Shown piece after piece: positions 17,978 to 24,000 of a DNA stretch of 24,000 nt. Source of the stretch: an uncultured Gammaproteobacteria bacterium (GTDB lineage: Bacteria > Pseudomonadota > Gammaproteobacteria > JAURND01). Location of the stretch: contig CAVQQD010000002.1 of NCBI GenBank assembly GCA_963714975.1, positions 238,209 through 262,208 on the forward strand. Direction: 5' to 3'. The position numbers were made by a program, and so were the translations under genes. Position 1 is the stretch's first letter, and every line of letters starts with the position of its first letter. The notes under the pieces are model-generated. The model did not search any database. It was given only the letters and a program-made list of their open reading frames with translations, and was not told where the DNA came from.

Positions 17978-18715
17978 TTGCAAACTTTAACAATCAGTGG
18001 TGGTTCTTCTGGCATTGGTTTAGCCACTGCCAAACGCTTTGCCCAAGCGGGTTATCGTATTTTTAACTTAGACGTCCAAGAGCCCTGGGAAGAGATTCCA
18101 TCGGCAATTTATATTCCTTGTGATGTTTCACGCGTTAGTGAGATCAAAGAGGCAGTTGACAAAATTACGCAACAAACCTCTCGCGTCGATGCCTTAGTGT
18201 GCAATGCTGGCATTCACTTATCGGCCAATGTACAGCAAACCTCCGAAGAGGATTTTCAACGCGTGATGGATGTAAATTTCAAAGGTTGTTTTTTTCTCAC
18301 TCAAGCCATCCTGCCCTTGATGATTCCTCATCGCCGAGGCGCTATTGCCTATTTGGGTTCCGATCAAAGCCTTATCGCCAAGACCAATTCGGCTGCATAC
18401 GGAGCCAGTAAAGCGGCGCTGGCCAGTCTTGCCAAAACTACGGCCATTGATTATGCCTCAGTAGGCATCCGCGCTAATTTAATCGCCGCTGGCACGATTG
18501 ATACTCCGCTCTATCGATCGGTCATACAACGCTATTGCCAACGCACTGGGGCCGATTTTAATGTGGTCAATCAAGCAGAAGCCGACCTCCAACCTCTTGG
18601 CCGGCTTGGCACTACAGCAGAAGTCGCTGAGCTAATTTATTTCCTCTGCAGCGAACAGGCTGGCTTTATTACCGGCGCTGTTTATCCGATAGATGGGGGT
18701 TACACCGCGAGATAA
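17978..18715 (+). CDS. Short-chain dehydrogenase/reductase (SDR) family oxidoreductase
   Basis: Rossmann motif TISGGSSGIG, CNAG, catalytic YGASK, C-terminal GAVYPIDGGYTAR; TTG start preceded by aaaaggagat. Confidence 0.92.
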   Translation: MQTLTISGGSSGIGLATAKRFAQAGYRIFNLDVQEPWEEIPSAIYIPCDVSRVSEIKEAVDKITQQTSRVDALVCNAGIHLSANVQQTSEEDFQRVMDVNFKGCFFLTQAILPLMIPHRRGAIAYLGSDQSLIAKTNSAAYGASKAALASLAKTTAIDYASVGIRANLIAAGTIDTPLYRSVIQRYCQRTGADFNVVNQAEADLQPLGRLGTTAEVAELIYFLCSEQAGFITGAVYPIDGGYTAR

Positions 18716-18788
18716 TATGAAGTGGTTCTGGCCTGTGGGGGCACCTTCTCCCGCAGAAAGACACTGCGGGATTTCTGCAGAAGGATGG

Positions 18789-19358
18789 TTAAATCACCTG
18801 TGTCTCATACAAGAACCAAGTACGACGCTCAGTTTCGTCAATGAACACTTCTAAGAGACTAGCAGTACCCACATCATTATGATCAGCACACACTTGATGG
18901 GCAGCACGCAGTCGCGCTGTTAGCGCTTTATTTTCTTCCATCAACCGATGAATCATTTCTGGGGCTTCGACCAGGGCATCATTATCGTCAACCACACTTT
19001 GTAATTGTCCAATATGTTGAATGGAATGGATGGTTAAGCGTCCTAATTTACGTATTCGTTCAGCTAAGGCATCAATCATGGCAAAAATTTGTCCAGCTTG
19101 TTCATCGAGCAATAAGTGATAATCACGATAATGACTACCCGACATATGCCAATGGTAATTTTTAGTTTTCACAAACAAAGCAAAGGCATCTGCCACCAAA
19201 GGATTCACAGCTGCCGCAATATCATTGCGCGCTTTTTCGCCAAGATCGCTAGGAGTGGCCAACTTACTTGGGACCCCGACAAATATAGATTGTGGTTGTT
19301 TCATAATAGCACTCCCATAGATATCAGTTTCGAGTTGAGAAAATAATAAGTCAGACAT
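18789..19358 (-). CDS. dps: Dps/ferritin-like DNA-binding stress protein
   Basis: KTKNYHWHMSGSHYRDYHLLLDEQAGQIFAMIDALAERIRKLG is the Dps ferroxidase signature; RBS aaggagg. An internal Met (MKQPQSIF) is an alternative start. Confidence 0.92.
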   Translation of the reverse strand: MSDLLFSQLETDIYGSAIMKQPQSIFVGVPSKLATPSDLGEKARNDIAAAVNPLVADAFALFVKTKNYHWHMSGSHYRDYHLLLDEQAGQIFAMIDALAERIRKLGRLTIHSIQHIGQLQSVVDDNDALVEAPEMIHRLMEENKALTARLRAAHQVCADHNDVGTASLLEVFIDETERRTWFLYETQVI

Positions 19359-19380
19359 TTTACCTCCTTGTAATAAGAAA

Positions 19381-19410
19381 ATTATAGCCCTTTATTTACT
19401 TGATTGCTAA
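19381..19410 (-). promoter_or_regulatory. Probable promoter of the Dps gene
   Basis: On the minus strand: TTAGCA, 18 nt, TATAAT, 22 nt upstream of the start codon. Confidence 0.55.
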
Positions 19411-19522
19411 AATTTTATCTCATTTATTTGGTATTGCAAGGCAACCCTTAATAAATCCCTAATTTTTATCTGTTAAAGTAAGCAGAAAAATTAACCTTAA
19501 TCCATTAATGGGACAAATTTTT

Positions 19523-19675
19523 ATGGTTGAGACAGCACATCAACAGGCTGACGGTGGGACTTTTATGGTGGGGGTTATAGTCCCAGGAATATTGTTAGGT
19601 GTTGGAATTCACTATGCGATAAGTAGCGTTAAAAATAGTATTGACCCCCATAGGAAAAATTTATGCGTCACTTAA
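19523..19675 (+). CDS. Putative 50-aa small membrane peptide overlapping the start of the acid phosphatase gene
   Basis: ATG...TAA reads MVETAHQQADGGTFMVGVIVPGILLGVGIHYAISSVKNSIDPHRKNLCVT, one hydrophobic helix; overlaps the next start by 13 nt. Confidence 0.35.
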   Translation: MVETAHQQADGGTFMVGVIVPGILLGVGIHYAISSVKNSIDPHRKNLCVT

Positions 19676-20733
19676 TAATAAGGTCAGTTTTATTCCTTTG
19701 TATAACAACTAGTGCACTTGCTGAAGAAAGATTGATTTTTGCGGTTGATGTTCTTCGTCATGGTGATAGAACACCTACAATAAATATTCCTAAAGCACCT
19801 TATCATTGGAAGGAGGGGTTAGGACAATTGACCGCCAAGGGTATGCAGCAAGAATATTTCCTTGGTGCTAATTTAAGGAAAATTTATGTGGACAAGTATC
19901 ACTTGCTTCCGTCCCATTATGCTGTTGAAACTTTGTATGTGCGATCTAGCGATGTGGATCGTACTCTTATGAGTGCGCAATCTTTCTTGATGGGATTGTA
20001 CCCGCTAGGAACTGGACCTAGCTTGTCTAAATCAAGAATCCCAGCCTTACCTCAATTATTTCAACCCATACCAATTCATACGATTGCAAAAGACCAAGAT
20101 AATTTGCTGATAACATGGACTAAGTCGCCGGTATTTAAAGAATATTTAAAAAAATATGTTTATTCGACTGCTGAATGGAAAGAGAAAACGACTAAATTGA
20201 CTCCAAAATTTACAAAATGGAGTCAAGCAACGGGTATTAAGATTACCGAACTTTTTCAGCTTATCTCTTTGGGAGACACCTTATATATTAACCAACTTTA
20301 TCAGGTACCGTTACCTGCAGGACTTACGTCTAAAGATGCTCAAGAAATAATTGATGCGGGTCGATGGGCGTTTACGACTGCGTTTAAATCCCAGGAGATA
20401 GGTAAAAATACAGGGAATACACTACTTAGGACAATTGCTAATTATCTACAAGAGGTGGCCGTGGGAAAGACTCAAATAAAATATTTATTATTTTCTTCAC
20501 ACGATAGTACACAATTAAGCTTAATGAGTGCCATGGCGGCTCCTTTGAAGGAGGTTCCACCCTATGCTGCAGATTTAAATTTTTCTTTATTCGAGCATGG
20601 AAAGAATACTTATTATGTAAAAATTTATTTTAATGGGAAAAAAGTCATCATCCCTGGTTGCAATAAAAGTAATATTTGCTCTTTAGCAGAGTTTAATGCA
20701 TTAATTAACCTAAAAAAAGCAGTTGAACTATGA
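19663..20733 (+). CDS. Secreted histidine-type acid phosphatase (branch 2 histidine phosphatase)
   Basis: Signal peptide MRHLIIRSVLFLCITTSALA, catalytic RHGDRTP near the N-terminus, SSHDSTQLSL (HD motif) near the C-terminus. Confidence 0.9.
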   Translation: MRHLIIRSVLFLCITTSALAEERLIFAVDVLRHGDRTPTINIPKAPYHWKEGLGQLTAKGMQQEYFLGANLRKIYVDKYHLLPSHYAVETLYVRSSDVDRTLMSAQSFLMGLYPLGTGPSLSKSRIPALPQLFQPIPIHTIAKDQDNLLITWTKSPVFKEYLKKYVYSTAEWKEKTTKLTPKFTKWSQATGIKITELFQLISLGDTLYINQLYQVPLPAGLTSKDAQEIIDAGRWAFTTAFKSQEIGKNTGNTLLRTIANYLQEVAVGKTQIKYLLFSSHDSTQLSLMSAMAAPLKEVPPYAADLNFSLFEHGKNTYYVKIYFNGKKVIIPGCNKSNICSLAEFNALINLKKAVEL

Positions 20734-20774
20734 GAATAATGCGACCCTTATAACAAAATTACAGGGGAAATCGC

Positions 20775-22342
20775 ATGAAACTACCTCCGGCTCCTCTTCA
20801 CCCAACGGGTGAACTGCCACAAGACTTAAAAGAAGAAAATTTATTAGCCAAAAATGTCTCATTAGCCCTAGATACTTTTGGTGGTCGCATCTATGTGGAA
20901 TGGGATCCTCAAGCTGCTGTAACTCCGCTAGGACAATTGGCATTTTTTATTGAATTTTTAAAGATTGGAAATTTATTTAACCCTTGGGTTGAAGATTGTC
21001 CATTGTAATTAGTAAGTCCCAACGCTCCTTCAAATCGTGACATTTTAGGTACGCTGTTATTAGCTGTTTTAGCAGGTCATAGTCGCTATGCTCATATCAC
21101 TACATTGCGTTGTGATGGAGTAAATCCAGATTTATTGGGTATGAAAAAAATAGTGAGTGAAGATTCACTCCGGCGTGCTTTTGTAAAAATGGAAGAAGAA
21201 GCTGGAATAGTATGGCTACAAAAACATTTAAATAAATGTTATGTGCCATTGCTGAGTGTGCCATGGATATTAGATGTTGATACAACAGTTAAAGTACTTT
21301 ATGGAAAACAGGAAGGAGCTGTATTGGGTTATAATCCAACAAAACCTGGCCGCCCTTCTCATACCTATCATTCCTATTTTATCGCCAATTTACGTTTAGT
21401 ACTGGATGTTGAAGTACAGCCTGGTAATCAAATGGCATCCAGTTATTCGGCGCCTGATTTATGGGAATTATTAGATCGTATTCCGCGTGCACAGTGGCCT
21501 CAATTTTTGCGAGGTGATTGTGCTTTTGGTACAGATGGTGTGATGAAAATTGCTGAAGAAAAGCAAATACCCTATTTATTTAAATTGAAATCAACGAAGA
21601 ATGTAAAGCGTTTAATAGAAGAAGTAAAAATGGTTCGTCAAGATTGGTATTTTGCTGATCAGGGCTGGGAAGGGACTGATGCCTTATTGAAATTAGATGG
21701 TTGGGAAAGATCGCGTCGAGTCATCGTGTTGAGAAAAAAAATACAAAAAAATTTAATGCTTATTTCACAACATGCAGGAACAAAACAATTAGAGATATGT
21801 TTTGGTGAGGTTGATGATAAAACCTATGTTTATGAATACGCTGTATTAGTTACTTCATTACCGGATGAAATACTGACTATTGCGCAACATTATCGCGATC
21901 GTGCGGACAGTGAAAATATATTTGATGAATTGAAAAATCAATGGGGTTGGAGCGGGTTTACAACCCAAGACATGAAGCGTTGCCGCTTTATGTCGCGCGT
22001 GGTTGTCTTCTTATTTATAATTGGTGGAATATATTTGCTCGCCTGGCAGAACCTGACAAACATTTAGAAGCTATTACGAGTCGTCCCTTATTATTGCATG
22101 CTATGGCAAAACAAACTGTCCATGCAAGACAAACACACATTGTTATCAGCAGCACGCATGGAAATATTAATAAAGTTCAAATGTTATTAAGCCGCGTGGT
22201 GAAATTTTTTAAAGGATTAAAAAAAGATGCGGAGCAGTTAACACATGATCAATGTTGGTATCGAATTTTGAGCCAAGCAGTAGGAAAATATTTAAATGGA
22301 AAGTCGCTGCAGCCACCACTTGGTTTATCAGCACCCACATAA
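20775..22342 (+). mobile_element. Insertion sequence transposase (DDE type), disrupted by an in-frame TAA and a frameshift
   Basis: 20775-21008 and 21105-22067 share a frame separated by TAA at 21006-21008; the C-terminal part shifts to 21941-22342 (IYNWWNIFARLAEPDKHLEAITSRPLLLHAMAKQT). Features: DVDTTVKVLYGKQEGAVLGYNPTKPGRPSH, RDRADSENIFDELKNQWGW. Confidence 0.85.
20775..22342 (+). pseudogene. Transposase pseudogene (or sequence-error-broken transposase)
   Basis: Conceptual translation continues through the TAA as TTA GTA AGT CCC AAC GCT CCT... (LVSPNAPSNRDILGTLLLAVLAGHSRYAHI) and then needs a 1-nt shift near 22005-22020. Confidence 0.8.
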
Positions 22343-22455
22343 AATTGAAAAAAAGGTACTTTGTTGGAAGATATTTGATCAGAGTTTTATCGGTTAAGGA
22401 AGTCCTTCAACTGCCGTTTTTAGATTAAGTAGCTTTTTTAAAAAGAGGAGTTTTT

Positions 22456-22752
22456 ATGACTGAGATACAGCAAGAGGGTGACTGTAACAAAAATACTGCC
22501 CATTGGGTTGTTGGAATATTTGGAACACCATTATGTTGGGCTGGTGGATTTTCCTTTGAAGTCAAAGGAATCTGGGGCGCTTCAGTACCTTGTTATGTAG
22601 GGGTTGTGCTTTGTATGGCAGTACTTGCCTACACTGAATATAACAGGCGTAAAAATTTACCGGCTGCAGATAATAGCCCACAAGAGCCTAATGTTGATAA
22701 GGTCAGTGATCAGGACCCCCTCCCTACAACACCCTTATCGATAAATAACTAG
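22456..22752 (+). CDS. Small hypothetical membrane protein (98 aa, probably two transmembrane segments)
   Basis: RBS agagg upstream of ATG; hydrophobic stretches VVGIFGTPLCWAGGFSF and ASVPCYVGVVLCMAVLAY; charged or Pro-rich C-terminus. Confidence 0.65.
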   Translation: MTEIQQEGDCNKNTAHWVVGIFGTPLCWAGGFSFEVKGIWGASVPCYVGVVLCMAVLAYTEYNRRKNLPAADNSPQEPNVDKVSDQDPLPTTPLSINN

Positions 22753-22757
22753 GGCGG

Positions 22758-22797
22758 GGGGGCGCCCCCTATAATTCCTTCTCCTGGTGGGAGAAGG
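22758..22797. terminator. GC palindrome plus hairpin between convergent genes, possible terminator or small structured repeat
   Basis: gggggcgccccc (22758-22769) perfect palindrome; ccttctcc (22777-22784) / ggagaagg (22790-22797) stem with 5-nt loop. Confidence 0.4.
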
Positions 22798-22812
22798 TGC
22801 CCGGGGATTCTT

Positions 22813-24000
22813 TTACTTCTCCATATGCCTAATAATCGCCTCGCCAAATTCACTGCTACCCAATAAAGTCGCGCCTGGGATGAGTCGTTCAAAATCATAA
22901 GTGACAGTTTTCGCTGCAATGGCGCCGCTAATGCCTTTGATAATTAAATCAGCAGCTTCTTTCCAACCCAGATATCGCAGCATCATTTCCGCTGATAAAA
23001 TCAAGGAACCAGGATTAACCTTATCTTGGCCGGCATATTTAGGCGCTGTGCCGTGAGTGGCTTCAAAACAAGCCGCTCGATCACCCATATTAGCCCCGGG
23101 GCAATACCAATACCGCCCACCTGGGCTGCTAAGGCATCTGAAATATAATCGCCATTTAAGTTTAAAGTCGCAATCACGCTATATTCTGCCGGACGCAATA
23201 AAATTTGCTGTAGAAAAGCATCGGCAATCATATCTTTAATCATAATTTCTTGCCCATTGTGAGGGTTTTTGATCACATGCCAAGGGCCCGCCATCTAAAG
23301 GAGTTGCGCCAAATCGTTCGCGGGCAATAGCATATCCCCATTCCTTAAATGCACCTTCAGTGAATTTCATGATATTGCCTTTATGCACCAGCGTAACGGA
23401 ATCGCGTTGATTATCGATGGCATATTGAATGGCGCGGGTGACTAGACGTTGCGTGCCTTCTTTTGAAACTGGTTTTACGCCAATACCGCAGTGCTGGGAA
23501 AACGAATTTTCGTCACCTTCATTTCATTGTTGTAAAAAATGAATGACTTTTTTTGCTTCAGGGGAGTCGGCTGGCCATTCAATCCCAGCATAAATATCTT
23601 CAGAATTTTCTCGGAAAATCACCATATTGGTCTTTTCTGGTTCTTTTAACGGGCTGGGAGTGCCGGGAAAATAACGAACTGGGCGTAAGCAAACATACAA
23701 ATCTAAATCTTGACGCAATGGCCACATTTAACGAACGAATGCCCCCGCCCACCGGTGTAGTAAGAGGGCCTTTAATGCTGATGACAAATTCACGTAAGGC
23801 TTCTAAGGTTTCTTCCGGCAACCATATGTCCTGGGCCATAGACATGGGTGGATTTTTCTCCAGCATAAATTTCCATCCAAGCAATTTGCCTTTCACCGCC
23901 ATATGCTTTAGCAATAGCCGCATCCACTACCTTGCGCATAGGGGGGGTAATATCCACGCCAATACCATCGCCCTCAATAAAAGGAATGATTGGTCGATTG
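22813..24000 (-). pseudogene. icd: NADP-dependent isocitrate dehydrogenase, N-terminus beyond right edge, reading frame broken by about six single-base indels (probably sequence error)
   Basis: Minus-strand pieces in order: [55 protein letters not shown] / [38 protein letters not shown] / [48 protein letters not shown] / [17 protein letters not shown]...[26 protein letters not shown] / [64 protein letters not shown] / [28 protein letters not shown]...[11 protein letters not shown]. Confidence 0.92.

Noticed and set aside
17451-17983. Small ORFs at 17451-17636 (-), 17693-17983 (-) and 17760-17975 (+)
   Set aside because: They sit on the inverted-repeat/intergenic region, overlap each other and show low-complexity or repeat-derived translations.
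18199-18411. 70-aa ORF inside the SDR gene
   Set aside because: Alternative-frame shadow of a clear SDR coding sequence.
18750-18778. Hairpin between SDR and dps (cccgca...tgcggg) as a rho-independent terminator
   Set aside because: Stem is only 6 bp and no T-tract follows; noted only as part of the intergenic word family.
19116-19346. 76-aa plus-strand ORF opposite dps
   Set aside because: Antisense shadow of a clear Dps gene.
20728-21285. ORFs 20728-20943 (-) and 21100-21285 (-) opposite the transposase
   Set aside because: Antisense to a recognisable transposase; no support.
20740-22440. Search for IS terminal inverted repeats around the transposase
   Set aside because: Only weak similarity between ...cccttataacaaaatta... 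and the reverse complement of ...gttttatcggttaaggaagtcc; not enough to call ends.
23940-23948. G7 run suspected as a further icd frameshift
   Set aside because: On the minus strand ACC CCC CCT ATG CGC stays in frame ([11 protein letters not shown]), so no indel is needed.

Overview
Positions 1-17474 are the 3' end of a very large multimodular non-ribosomal peptide synthetase (NRPS). The reading frame is open from base 1, so the gene starts upstream of the window. Domains read by motif: A1(partial)-PCP-E | C(DCL)-A2-PCP-E | C(DCL)-A3-PCP | C(LCL)-A4-PCP | C(LCL)-A5-PCP-TE. Specificity codes extracted by eye: A2 = DFWNIGMVHK (Thr), A3 and A4 = DILQLGMIWK (Gly), A5 = DAWTVAGVCK (Phe-like). Predicted C-terminal product: ...D-X - D-Thr - Gly - Gly - Phe/aromatic, released by a type I TE. 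A single -1 frameshift beside an A-run splits A5 at about 15765-15786. The NRPS carries two multi-kb near-identical direct repeats whose borders fall inside A domains, a mosaic suggesting subdomain exchange. Downstream are a 17528-17849 inverted-repeat element, an SDR oxidoreductase, a Dps ferritin-like protein (minus), a secreted histidine acid phosphatase, a disrupted DDE transposase, a small membrane protein, and isocitrate dehydrogenase (icd, minus, running off the right edge). The icd gene has about six single-base indels in otherwise conserved sequence, which looks more like sequence error than decay. The source looks like an AT-rich gammaproteobacterium, possibly Legionellales-like; this is inference only.
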